Counted from the stretch's first letter, positions 48,349 to 57,861 are shown. The stretch: 64,000 bases of DNA from an uncultured SAR86 cluster bacterium (GCA_902560275.1 CACELJ010000001.1:883-64882), one strand, 5' to 3'. The notes: generated by a model from the sequence alone, not told the origin. Program-made: numbers and translations.

Positions 48349-49201
48349 TTGACTCTAAAAAGTTAGCTAAATTCTTTCCTATTTGGTCAGGAGAAGTTTC
48401 CTGAATAAAGTGATTTCCCTTTACGGTTACTTCTGTAAGATTTTTCCAACTTCTTACAAATTCTCTTTGATCACCAATAAGTATTGATCCTGGATCAGCA
48501 TTAATAAAAAGTTTAGGAATATCAGAATCTTTATGGAAATCTGCATTTTTTTGTACTTCATCCACAACCTCAGGAGGCTCTCCCTCTAGAGGAATTTGTC
48601 TTGGCCAAGTCAGAGTAGGGCGTCTATCTTCTCCACTATTAACAAAAGGTCTTCTGTATTCATTTTTATCATCTTCAGTAAGTTTAGGAGCATCTAAAAA
48701 TAAAATCTTTTCTACAAAATAATTCTTTTCAAGAATTAATTCTTCTCCAGCTTCAGATCTATAGAGACCAAAGATCTTTCTAGCCATTTCAGGCCATTGA
48801 TCCCAGACCATAGGCATTACAATTGCTTCCATAAAAGTTATGGATTTTATTCTTTCAGAATTTTCCCTCGCAAATTGGAAACCCATAGCTGATCCCCAAT
48901 CGTGAATTACTAAATTAATATTATTTCCAAGATTTAATTCATCTAATAAAGAAGTCAAATAATTATACTGCCCATGATATTTGTAACCTGGATCATCTAT
49001 ATTATTAAGTTTTTCTGAGTCTCCCATGCCAATAAGGTCAGGTATTACTATTCGTCCTAATCCTTCCACATGAGGTGCTATATTTCTCCATAAATAAGAA
49101 GACGTTGGATTTCCATGTAAAAAAACTATTGGATCACCTTGACCCTCGTCAACATAGGCCATTTCTTTGCCTTTAATTTTGATGTGTTTCTTTAGATACA
49201 T
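48341..49201 (-). CDS. haloalkane dehalogenase (HLD-II, DhaA/LinB-like)
   Basis: VFLHGNPTSSYLWRN, nucleophile elbow HDWGSAMG, and C-terminal GNHFIQE. I prefer the internal Met (MYLKKHIKIKGKEMAYVDEG) at 49201 because it gives a family-typical length. Confidence 0.85.
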   Translation of the reverse strand: MYLKKHIKIKGKEMAYVDEGQGDPIVFLHGNPTSSYLWRNIAPHVEGLGRIVIPDLIGMGDSEKLNNIDDPGYKYHGQYNYLTSLLDELNLGNNINLVIHDWGSAMGFQFARENSERIKSITFMEAIVMPMVWDQWPEMARKIFGLYRSEAGEELILEKNYFVEKILFLDAPKLTEDDKNEYRRPFVNSGEDRRPTLTWPRQIPLEGEPPEVVDEVQKNADFHKDSDIPKLFINADPGSILIGDQREFVRSWKNLTEVTVKGNHFIQETSPDQIGKNLANFLESIG

Positions 49202-49203
49202 TT

Positions 49204-49575
49204 TTAGATTAATGCTAGTGCCATCATAATGAGAATAATTGTTGAAGGAAGCCAAACTAGCGTTCTTAAAACACCTATGCCAGCCATATATAAGGCACCA
49301 TGGGCAATTCTTAATATCAACCACCACATTGCTAAACCGCTTATATCTACTCCCGCAGCAATAGACCAAACTGCCAAGGCAAGAAAAATTGGAAGTGTCT
49401 CTTTTAAATTATCTTTTGCCTTTGTAGCTCTTGAGAGCATTAAAGAGGGCGGGTGTTCAGGTTCATTGTCTCTATTAGAAAGTTGCCAATTTAAGTTTTT
49501 TGAATTCAACATCATTGGAATAAGCCAAATTTGAAACAAGGCCAACAGCAAGGTATATCCTATTATCATTTCCAT
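49204..49575 (-). CDS. MAPEG-family membrane protein (membrane glutathione-transferase-like)
   Basis: 123 aa with 3-4 TM helices and RATKAKDNLKETLPIFLAL (the RA..N..E..P.F pattern). Confidence 0.7.
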   Translation of the reverse strand: MEMIIGYTLLLALFQIWLIPMMLNSKNLNWQLSNRDNEPEHPPSLMLSRATKAKDNLKETLPIFLALAVWSIAAGVDISGLAMWWLILRIAHGALYMAGIGVLRTLVWLPSTIILIMMALALI

Positions 49576-49673
49576 AATTTTCTCCTTCTTATAAATTAAG
49601 TATAAGTTATTTTTTTTAATAAATTAAAGTAGTTTTCAATTTACTATTTTTCCTTATCGTCTATGATCATTTA

Positions 49674-50675
49674 ATGAAAATTATTCATTTTCTTTTCCTA
49701 TTTGTTCTTTCAGTTAATTCATATTCAAACCAAGAGATACTTACCTTAGGTTTTGGCTCCTGTCTGCATCAAGATAGAAGCATGGCCATTCTTAAGACTA
49801 TAGAAAAGAAAGAATTGGATCTATTTATGTTTATTGGAGATAACGTCTACGGAGATCAAGAAGATGGAGAATTAGATAAACTTATTAGAACCTATAAGCA
49901 ACAATACAACAATCTAGAAAATTTTTTAAGAAATGTAAGTGCAGAGTTTATTTGGGATGATCATGATTTTGGAATAAATGATGGTGGTTCTAATTATCGT
50001 TACAAGGACAGAGCAAAAGAACTTTTTTTAGAGACCTGGAAAATTCCATCTAATGATCCACGCAGACTTAGAGATGGTCTCTATTTCGATAAAATGATCA
50101 AAAAAAATGGTCTTAAGGTTCATTTAATATTTTTAGATAATAGATCCTTTAAATCTGAATGGAAATTAACAGATGAATTTAATAAAGAAGGGAAAGAGAG
50201 GTATGTTAAAGATTTCGATGCTGAAAAGACATTATTGGGGAAAAAACAATGGCAATGGCTAAAGGACAAGTTAAACGAAGATAGCGATATAAAAATTATC
50301 TTATCTAGTTTGCAGATTTTGAGTTTAGGGCATGGATGGGAATCATGGGATAAATTACCCTTAGAAAGAGAAAGACTCTTTAATCTCATAGACGAATCTA
50401 ATGTATCTAACCTTTTTATTCTTTCTGGAGATAGACATAGAGGTGGTTTTTATCGCTTTGAGACTAATGATAATAATGAAATTTATGAATTCACATCAAG
50501 TTCATTAAATCTACCAATACCATTCAATACAGAAGAGAAAGGTCCATTAAGGATAGGTTCAACCTACAGAAAAGCTAATTTTGGCGTTGTTCGTATTTTT
50601 GAAGACAAAGTAGTTATGGAACTTACTTCTAATAAGGGAAAAGTAGTGAATTCTTTAAGCATAGAAATTAATTAA
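49674..50675 (+). CDS. PhoD-like metallophosphatase (alkaline phosphatase D family)
   Basis: Signal peptide, FGSCLHQDR, FIGDNVYGD, and WDDHDFGINDGG. Confidence 0.75.
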   Translation: MKIIHFLFLFVLSVNSYSNQEILTLGFGSCLHQDRSMAILKTIEKKELDLFMFIGDNVYGDQEDGELDKLIRTYKQQYNNLENFLRNVSAEFIWDDHDFGINDGGSNYRYKDRAKELFLETWKIPSNDPRRLRDGLYFDKMIKKNGLKVHLIFLDNRSFKSEWKLTDEFNKEGKERYVKDFDAEKTLLGKKQWQWLKDKLNEDSDIKIILSSLQILSLGHGWESWDKLPLERERLFNLIDESNVSNLFILSGDRHRGGFYRFETNDNNEIYEFTSSSLNLPIPFNTEEKGPLRIGSTYRKANFGVVRIFEDKVVMELTSNKGKVVNSLSIEIN

Positions 50676-50720
50676 TTTTTTATATATTCGTATAATATAT
50701 ATTATGTAAAGTAATATATA

Positions 50721-51209
50721 TTAGCTAACTTCCATATAAACAACCGAATACCCTTCTTTTAACGTGCTTTCAGTGATTTTAGAAAATCCATGTTTTCTAT
50801 GAAAATTAATAGATGACTCATTTGGTGGATCAATATTTACTTCTGCACATATCGGTATATTAAATTTGACTTTAAATGATAATAATTTTTTATAGAGAAT
50901 ACTTCCGATACCTGAAGACTGATATTTATTGGCTATTGCAATACGATCAATATAGAAGAATTTATTATGTCTATTTTGAAAAAATTTATAATTGATAGAT
51001 TTATAATTGGTGTTTTCTCTGAGACAGATGACAAAACCCAAACATATACCCTTCTTTATAGATCCATAGGAAATATCTGATATTTTTATTAAATAAATAA
51101 ATTCTTCTAGAGATACAGATCCAACTTTAGGAACTTGTTGTTGATTGATTTCGTAGAACGATGAAAATATTTCTTCGTCTTGATTAATCTTTAAATCAAT
51201 TATCTCCAA
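50721..51209 (-). CDS. GNAT-family N-acetyltransferase
   Basis: Acetyl-CoA motif IAIANKYQSSGIGSILYKKLL. Length is 162 aa. Confidence 0.7.
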   Translation of the reverse strand: MEIIDLKINQDEEIFSSFYEINQQQVPKVGSVSLEEFIYLIKISDISYGSIKKGICLGFVICLRENTNYKSINYKFFQNRHNKFFYIDRIAIANKYQSSGIGSILYKKLLSFKVKFNIPICAEVNIDPPNESSINFHRKHGFSKITESTLKEGYSVVYMEVS

Positions 51210-51263
51210 ATTTAAAATCTTGGAAATAAACTAAGCAAAAATCTGAAGTAGGCTTTTTTTATT

Positions 51264-51683
51264 TTAGTCATTATCTAAGGGAATTACTGTTTCAATGTTT
51301 AACTGACCCTTTAATCCAGCAACTCTGTGTTGCGCGCTTTTTATATATTCTGGATCAGAGATCATATCTAACATTGCTTTTCTGCTTGGATAAGAAGCTA
51401 TCGCAACAGAATCCCAAAGTTCTTCCACTACACCTAACATTAATCTCTTAACGTTAGCACCAAATATAGCTTTTGCCCCAACTTTAGCTAGATGATGTTT
51501 CACTTCTTCAGAATAGATAGCATAAGCTTCTCTTCCTGATAAATCTGTCTCTCTTTTATCAGGATATTCGGCTTTATCTTTAAACTTGAGAAGATTTACC
51601 ATATAAATTGGTTCATCATTTCCGGGGTCGAGAAATTCTGCCATTTGTTCATCATTAGGCATTACTTTATTTTCAAACTTCAT
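51264..51683 (-). CDS. DUF1330-domain protein
   Basis: 139 aa with EPIYMVNLLKFKDKAEY and SYPSRKAMLDM, matching the DUF1330 pattern. Confidence 0.6.
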   Translation of the reverse strand: MKFENKVMPNDEQMAEFLDPGNDEPIYMVNLLKFKDKAEYPDKRETDLSGREAYAIYSEEVKHHLAKVGAKAIFGANVKRLMLGVVEELWDSVAIASYPSRKAMLDMISDPEYIKSAQHRVAGLKGQLNIETVIPLDND

Positions 51684-52654
51684 TAAACAGCTTTTTTGAG
51701 TTTGGATTGAATTATTTCTTCTGCTTCACTCATTATCCTATCTATGAGTTCTTTTACGCTAGGGATATCATAAACCAGGCCTGCAACCATACCGCAAGAC
51801 CAAGCTCCTGCATCCATATCACCATCCATCATGATTGTGGGATAAACTCCTGCAACTTCATCAACAATATCGGAAAAAGTTAACTTTTCCCCAAGTGCTT
51901 TTTCTTTTTCCATCAATCTATCAACTGCGGGGTTTGTTAGCACCCTTTCAGTGTTGGTAAGTGATCGCATAATTAATCTTGTATCTAACTCAGATGCATT
52001 TACGATAGCTTTTTTAACGTTTTCATGAACTGGAGCATCTTTAGTTGCTATGAATCTTGTACCCATATTCATGCCTTCTGCCCCTAAAGCCATTGCAGCA
52101 ACTAAACTTCGGGCATCAGCCATTCCTCCTGAAGCAACAAAAGGAATTTCCAATTCATCTGCTGCTCTAGGCAACAAAATAAAATTAGGAATATCATCCT
52201 CGCCTGGATGGCCTCCGCATTCAAATCCATCAACAGATATAGCATCGCACCCAACGCTTTGGGCTTTCAAAGAATGTCTTACAGATGTGCACTTATGAAT
52301 AACTTTAATTCCAGCATCTTTTAAGGCAGGCATATATTCAGCAGGACTCCTTCCAGCTGTTTCTACTATTTTAACTCCTCCTTCAATGATAACTTTAATA
52401 AGGCCTGGGTAGTCTGGTGGTGTTAACGAAGGTAAAAAAGTTAAATTCACACCAAAAGGTTTATCTGTCATATCCTTACATTTTGCTATTTCATTTGCTA
52501 ACTTTTCTGGAGTGCCTTGAGTAAGACCAGTGATTATTCCTAAGCCACCAGCATTCGATACAGCAGCTGCCAATTCAGCAAATCCAACATAGTGCATTCC
52601 ACCTTGAATAATGGGATGTTCTATATCAAAAAGTTCAGTAATTTTTGTTTTCAT
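51683..52654 (-). CDS. nitronate monooxygenase / NPD-family FMN oxidoreductase
   Basis: EHPIIQGGMHYVG, AGGLGII, and MNMGTRFIATKDAPVHENVK. Confidence 0.8.
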   Translation of the reverse strand: MKTKITELFDIEHPIIQGGMHYVGFAELAAAVSNAGGLGIITGLTQGTPEKLANEIAKCKDMTDKPFGVNLTFLPSLTPPDYPGLIKVIIEGGVKIVETAGRSPAEYMPALKDAGIKVIHKCTSVRHSLKAQSVGCDAISVDGFECGGHPGEDDIPNFILLPRAADELEIPFVASGGMADARSLVAAMALGAEGMNMGTRFIATKDAPVHENVKKAIVNASELDTRLIMRSLTNTERVLTNPAVDRLMEKEKALGEKLTFSDIVDEVAGVYPTIMMDGDMDAGAWSCGMVAGLVYDIPSVKELIDRIMSEAEEIIQSKLKKAV

Positions 52655-52661
52655 AACTCTC

Positions 52662-53723
52662 CTAGTTAATTGACGTAATAATAATTTCTTTAGAATCTAT
52701 AGGTAATATAACCATTGTTCCGTCGTCAGATAAAGTCCAATTTGAAAGAATATCATCTATTCCTCTAGTAAAAATATCTGCAACTAAATCAGTTCTTGGT
52801 GCGGGAATTAAATGGTAATAAACAAGATGGCCAACATTTGCTTCTTTCGCTAGATTTGCAACTTCAATAGTGTTGGTATGGTAATTTTGTATATCTACAA
52901 TACCAATCCTGGAAGAGGAGTTCTCTGGAAGGGCGTTATACATCATGTCTAAAGTTCCTTTATGAAAAGCCTCGTGGAATAAGACATCAACATTCTTTGA
53001 ATTATTTAAGATTGCTTCTGAGTAAACAGTATCTCCACTCAAAACGATAGATCTTCCTTTATATTCAATCTTAAAGGCTAATGAAGGATCAATCGGTTTG
53101 TGGTCAACCAAGAAAGCTGTAATTACAATTCCATTAGATTCGTATACAGGTTTGCTAAAGTCAGTTATTTCGTATCCATCAAAACCTGCTGCTTTTAAAG
53201 GAGCAAATTGATCTCCATGATGGTCATTACGATATTTCCAATCTAATGAATAGGCTTCAGTAAATCCATTAAGAACCTGATTTATCCCTTCTGGACCATA
53301 CACTTTTAATTTAGACTGTCGACCTGTTCCTACCCAATTCCACATATGTATTTCAGGAAGTTCAGCGATATGATCAGAGTGAAGATGAGAAATGAAAATA
53401 CCATTTAATTGGTTCAAGGGAACACGCCAATTTCTTAAATTATCTATACTTTTATTACCGACATCAAAAATGAAGGTTTCCTTTCCAGCTTTTATCATTA
53501 CGCAAGTCTCTGCTCTAGTTGGATGAGGTAGAGGAGATTTTGAACCGCATACCAAAGCACTTAAGGAATCTTCTTCTGGAAAAATATTTGGTGCGGTGCT
53601 TATTAAACTTTGAGCAAGTCGTTGAAACAAAGCATCTTGTACGGCTGGCACTCTACTCAGCAAAAATAATATTCCAGCGATTATAAAAATAACCAAAATT
53701 AGATAGATAGTAATTTTTTTCAT
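52662..53723 (-). CDS. membrane-anchored MBL-fold metallo-hydrolase
   Basis: N-terminal TM helix, HLHSDH (HxHxDH), and a later SGDT...FHEAF block. Confidence 0.75.
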   Translation of the reverse strand: MKKITIYLILVIFIIAGILFLLSRVPAVQDALFQRLAQSLISTAPNIFPEEDSLSALVCGSKSPLPHPTRAETCVMIKAGKETFIFDVGNKSIDNLRNWRVPLNQLNGIFISHLHSDHIAELPEIHMWNWVGTGRQSKLKVYGPEGINQVLNGFTEAYSLDWKYRNDHHGDQFAPLKAAGFDGYEITDFSKPVYESNGIVITAFLVDHKPIDPSLAFKIEYKGRSIVLSGDTVYSEAILNNSKNVDVLFHEAFHKGTLDMMYNALPENSSSRIGIVDIQNYHTNTIEVANLAKEANVGHLVYYHLIPAPRTDLVADIFTRGIDDILSNWTLSDDGTMVILPIDSKEIIITSIN

Positions 53724-53724
53724 A

Positions 53725-54186
53725 TCAGGATTTCCTATTTAAAAGTGAAGTAATAAATAAAATTAATAAGAAAACAGTGACATAAGGAGCGGATTCAATT
53801 CCTGGAGTTGTGCCGGTTTTATATTCAGCTAAATTGAGAGGAGAATTTGAAGCATTTATAACTCTAGCTGACCACTCAATTAAAAAAACTAAAATAGTTA
53901 AAGGTAAGAGAGACTTGTATCTAAAAAGGATTACCCAAGCAAAAGCACAAAATAATAATTGAATTAATCCCCATAGCGAAAAAAATGCATAGATAACTGG
54001 CATTGGATCAGGAGAGCCATCTATCACTATCATATTTGCTATACCGTGCAGACCAAATTCTGCGTAGAAGAGATGAATAATTGATCTCCAGGTCATTAAT
54101 AAAAGAAAAGGAATAAAAATGTAAACCACCAATCTAGAACCAAGATAATTATTATCAGCAATCTTGGGAAACAACATAGCAAACAT
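53725..54186 (-). CDS. small multipass membrane protein, unknown function
   Basis: 153 aa with 4 hydrophobic segments, tightly packed inside the operon. Confidence 0.45.
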   Translation of the reverse strand: MFAMLFPKIADNNYLGSRLVVYIFIPFLLLMTWRSIIHLFYAEFGLHGIANMIVIDGSPDPMPVIYAFFSLWGLIQLLFCAFAWVILFRYKSLLPLTILVFLIEWSARVINASNSPLNLAEYKTGTTPGIESAPYVTVFLLILFITSLLNRKS

Positions 54187-54192
54187 GAGTTA

Positions 54193-55275
54193 TTACTCTT
54201 TTATGAAATCAATAAGTATATTTGATAGTTTTTTTGCCTTAGTCCACTGAAAAAAATGCCCTCCTCCAATATTCGGTGCACTTTTTGCATTAGGACACAT
54301 TTTCAACACGTCTTTTTCGGCTCCATTTGTAACTGGATCATCGCCCGCAAAGACACTTAAAAAAGGTTTCTGCCAACTTTTATAAAATTCTCTTGCTTTC
54401 TTTTGCGCTTCTAATGATTGATCAGGAATCATCGGTACATGACTGGGCATAGCTCTAGGACCCATTTTATAGGACGGATCAGGGAATGGTGCTTCGTAGG
54501 CTTTATCAAGATTTGATTTAAAAGGAAATAGTTTCCTTAAGCCAAGTCTAAGAAATATAAAATAAATTAAAAATTTGATGCGTGAGTTTCTTTCCATCAT
54601 GCTCGTCATCATAAATCCAATAGGAAGATCTTCGGTATCCCAGCATAGTTTCTGCCAATACATAAAACTTAAAGCTGGATGATGTGATGAATCGCTACCC
54701 GAAATATTTTTGCCATCCATTTTTCTTATTTCTCTTTGCATTGATATTGGATTAAGTTTTATATCACTATTTCTAAAAGCTTTGATTTTATCTATGACGT
54801 CTTGAGGGACATCAGGGTTATACGGTAAACCTGTATTCCCCATGGCTACTTTAAGAAATCTATCTGGTTGGTTAGCAACAACCCTTAATCCGATAAGGCC
54901 TCCCCAATCCTGGCCAAAAAAAGTGAGATTATTTAGATCATTAGTTTTTATCCAATCGGTCATCCAATCTACTTGTCGTTGATAAGAATAGTCTTCTCTT
55001 GATGCAGGTTTATCGGATTTACCATAGCCAGGTAAATCAGGAGCAATAATTCTAATTCCAGCATCAGTAAGATAAGGAATCATCCTTGAGTACAAATAAC
55101 TCCACACAGGCTGACCGTGCATCACTAAAAGAATTGGACCATCCTTTGGACCTTCATCTATATGATGTATTCTCAAATCAGAATCGTCATGAGTCTTTAT
55201 GACGGTGTAATTAGGTTCATACGGAAAGTCTTTTATGTTTTTAAATCTACTATCCGGAGTCCTTAAAATTTTCAT
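54193..55275 (-). CDS. haloalkane-dehalogenase-like alpha/beta hydrolase (HLD-I, DhlA-like) with enlarged cap
   Basis: LVMHGQPVWSYLYSRMIPYL, PDLPGYGKSDKP, nucleophile elbow GQDWGGLIGL, KAYEAPFPDPSYKMGPRAMP, and C-terminal GGGHFFQ. Confidence 0.8.
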   Translation of the reverse strand: MKILRTPDSRFKNIKDFPYEPNYTVIKTHDDSDLRIHHIDEGPKDGPILLVMHGQPVWSYLYSRMIPYLTDAGIRIIAPDLPGYGKSDKPASREDYSYQRQVDWMTDWIKTNDLNNLTFFGQDWGGLIGLRVVANQPDRFLKVAMGNTGLPYNPDVPQDVIDKIKAFRNSDIKLNPISMQREIRKMDGKNISGSDSSHHPALSFMYWQKLCWDTEDLPIGFMMTSMMERNSRIKFLIYFIFLRLGLRKLFPFKSNLDKAYEAPFPDPSYKMGPRAMPSHVPMIPDQSLEAQKKAREFYKSWQKPFLSVFAGDDPVTNGAEKDVLKMCPNAKSAPNIGGGHFFQWTKAKKLSNILIDFIKE

Positions 55276-55278
55276 CTT

Positions 55279-56202
55279 TTAGAACTTTATAGAAGCCATA
55301 GAATCACAAATTTCATTAAACTCTGTAATCGTCTCATTAATAATTGTTTCAACTGGTTTTATTTCTTCTATTAATCCTATTGATTGACCTGCCAATGCAG
55401 GTGCAGCATTCATATCGCCATCAAAGTATAGATTCTTAATTCCAGACATCGCACTCATGTCCATCAGGCCATCGTCGTAAATTTTATCTGTAAAATCAGT
55501 TTTCAATGCTCTTATGCAAGGTTTAGCTTTTTTGTTGAGAATATATGTACCTTGCTCATTACCATTTACGATCGCATTTTTAAAATTATCATGAACTGGA
55601 CTTTCTAAGGAAGAAACAAATCTTGTACCCATTTGAATGCCTTCTGCACCAGCAGCAAAAGCAGCTGCCATTCCTCTGCCATCCACGATGCCTCCAGCTG
55701 CAACAATAGGAAGATCAGTGTGTTTCTTGATTGATTGAATTAATACATGAAGTCCAACTTCCTCGGGATTTTTAAAACCGCCCCCTTCTGTCCCCTCTAC
55801 AACCAAACCATCAACTCCTGCATCAACTGCTTTCATGGCACCAGCAAGGCTCGGCACAGCATGAAATACCTTGATATCTGCCTCCTTTAATTTATGTATA
55901 TATTTAGCTGGATCTCCTGCAGAGGTTGTAACAAATTTAACATTTTCACCTATAACAACATCAAGCATGCTCTCATCAGATAAAAATAATATTGGCAAAT
56001 TAACTCCAAAGGGGCTGTTGGTTAATGTAGCCATTTTTTTAATTTCTTCCTTGCATTGATCTACTTCTCCAGAAGAGGTTTCAATAATGCCAAATGCACC
56101 AGCATTGGATACAGCTGATGCAAGGTTGCTTCTTGCTATCCACCCCATAGGAGCTTGTATTATTGGGTATTTACAACCCAACATTTCAGTAATTCTATTC
56201 AT
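55279..56202 (-). CDS. nitronate monooxygenase / NPD-family FMN oxidoreductase (second copy)
   Basis: KYPIIQAPMGWIA, AGAFGII, and QMGTRFVSSLESPVHDNFK. Confidence 0.8.
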   Translation of the reverse strand: MNRITEMLGCKYPIIQAPMGWIARSNLASAVSNAGAFGIIETSSGEVDQCKEEIKKMATLTNSPFGVNLPILFLSDESMLDVVIGENVKFVTTSAGDPAKYIHKLKEADIKVFHAVPSLAGAMKAVDAGVDGLVVEGTEGGGFKNPEEVGLHVLIQSIKKHTDLPIVAAGGIVDGRGMAAAFAAGAEGIQMGTRFVSSLESPVHDNFKNAIVNGNEQGTYILNKKAKPCIRALKTDFTDKIYDDGLMDMSAMSGIKNLYFDGDMNAAPALAGQSIGLIEEIKPVETIINETITEFNEICDSMASIKF

Positions 56203-57232
56203 TTGTTGTCACCAATGATTCACAATGATTTAATTGTAAAAAAGAGAAAACTTCATCTTTTTTATCAGTATCTAGTTTCTCATATTCTTCTTTAATCCAT
56301 GCTAAACATTTTGCTTGATACGGAAAAGATTTTTGTTTCCATTTACCTTTATCTAAGTCAATTTCCCACTCATCGCTACCTTCATCAATTGCTTTTTTAT
56401 TTGCAATCATGGTTGGTACATAGGAAGTGCTCATTTCTTTAAATAAATCATGAATTGTTTGAGGAAGATCCGAGAGCGTTAGATTATTTTCTTGAAATTC
56501 AAGTCCGCTTCTATCCTCAAGAGATCTAACCCATCCAATTACCCTTGGAGCTAATTCATGAGTAATTTTACGAGGAGTAGGATCAAATCCTATAAGTTGA
56601 GTAAGCTGACCGTACACAGCAAAATCACACGAGGATGGAGATGATCCAAGTAAATACGGTTGGATTTTTAAATGATTTTCTAAAATCTCAAGAAACGATT
56701 TATAACTATGATCAATAAAGGGGGCAGTTTCATCGTTAGATCCAACAACCCATAATCTATCTATTTGTCTTTTTGCAAAGTGGTCTTTAAAAAAAGCTAG
56801 CTCATCATCAGAAATATTATTCATAATTCCTAATGGTAAAAGAGTTCCGGCATTATCAGCATCTTCAGTAAAATGCCAACGATAATGAAACATATATTTT
56901 GTGCACCATTCATCACCAAAGTCTTCTAGAACATAATTAATAAATCTTAAAGATTGATCTTCAGGATAAACAGATCTATATGGATAAGAATTTTCAAATT
57001 CTTCAATTAATGGCGTTGAATCAGTTACCGCAGTTAATTTTCCATCTCTGGGAAGAAGAAAAACTGGTAATAAAATTGGTTTCGGTGGATCAATATTCAT
57101 TGGTTTTAGGACATCAGATACATCTCCCCAGATAACATGATGTGGAATTCTTTTATATCGCAAATATGCAATCATCTTCCTTGTATAAGGTGATGCTGGA
57201 TTACCTATTAATTTAATGGGTGTTTGGTTCAT
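56195..57232 (-). CDS. glutathione S-transferase-like protein
   Basis: N-terminal GST/thioredoxin-like IKLIGNPASPYTRKMIAYLRYKRIPH. I prefer Met17 (57232) over the track start at 57280. Confidence 0.6.
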   Translation of the reverse strand: MNQTPIKLIGNPASPYTRKMIAYLRYKRIPHHVIWGDVSDVLKPMNIDPPKPILLPVFLLPRDGKLTAVTDSTPLIEEFENSYPYRSVYPEDQSLRFINYVLEDFGDEWCTKYMFHYRWHFTEDADNAGTLLPLGIMNNISDDELAFFKDHFAKRQIDRLWVVGSNDETAPFIDHSYKSFLEILENHLKIQPYLLGSSPSSCDFAVYGQLTQLIGFDPTPRKITHELAPRVIGWVRSLEDRSGLEFQENNLTLSDLPQTIHDLFKEMSTSYVPTMIANKKAIDEGSDEWEIDLDKGKWKQKSFPYQAKCLAWIKEEYEKLDTDKKDEVFSFLQLNHCESLVTTNE

Positions 57233-57262
57233 TTGAGTTAATCTTTTCAAAAATATATAATA

Positions 57263-57279
57263 TGACATAAAACATGTCA
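57263..57279. promoter_or_regulatory. candidate TetR operator palindrome in the divergent promoter region
   Basis: Perfect inverted repeat TGACAT (57263-57268), AAAAC, ATGTCA (57274-57279), between the GST-operon start and the TetR gene. Confidence 0.45.
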
Positions 57280-57291
57280 AAAGATAATTAT

Positions 57292-57861
57292 ATGGAAATT
57301 ACATCTATAGACGGTAGAAAAAAAAGAAGCGAAGATACTTCTGAATTAATTATAGACACCGCATTTTCCCTTCTTAATGAAGGCATTTTAAACATCACTC
57401 ATGAATTAATTGCCAAGGAAGCAAAAATCGGAACTCGTACTATATTCCGTCATTTTAAAGATAAGAATTCTTTAATTATCGGTATGCATAATAAGCTTTT
57501 GAATGACTTTGAATCATCTAAACCAAAAATCGATTTGAATGTTGATGTAAATTCAAGGTTGAAATTACTCATTGAGTTCACATGCAATACATATGAAAAA
57601 TATCAGTATGTATATCATTGGACAGTAAAAAATTTATGGTATTCAAAAGATGTAAGGATGAATATCGTTGAGTGGAATAAAAGAAGCAGCAACTATATTT
57701 TTGAATTTCTTCCCGAAATAAAAGACCAAAAATGGGAAGAAAAAGAATTTATTTTGAACACTCTCTCGTTTCCATTTTGGCAAAGACTTGTTGGAATTTC
57801 CAAACGCACAAATAAAGAAATTAAGGGTATTTTATATAAAAATTTAAAAACTTATTTTTAA
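57292..57861 (+). CDS. TetR-family transcriptional regulator (alternative start ATG 57274)
   Basis: N-terminal HTH region: IIDTAFSLLNEGILNITHELIAKEAKIGTRTIFRHFKDK. Confidence 0.8.
   Translation: MEITSIDGRKKRSEDTSELIIDTAFSLLNEGILNITHELIAKEAKIGTRTIFRHFKDKNSLIIGMHNKLLNDFESSKPKIDLNVDVNSRLKLLIEFTCNTYEKYQYVYHWTVKNLWYSKDVRMNIVEWNKRSSNYIFEFLPEIKDQKWEEKEFILNTLSFPFWQRLVGISKRTNKEIKGILYKNLKTYF

Noticed and set aside
49229-49534. 101-aa plus-strand ORF overlapping the MAPEG gene.
   Set aside because: The minus-strand frame gives a recognisable MAPEG-type 3-4 TM protein that fits the operon packing. The plus-strand ORF has no features.
49576-49673. Pho box upstream of the PhoD-like phosphatase.
   Set aside because: No CTGTCAT-type direct repeats are visible in the 98-nt spacer.
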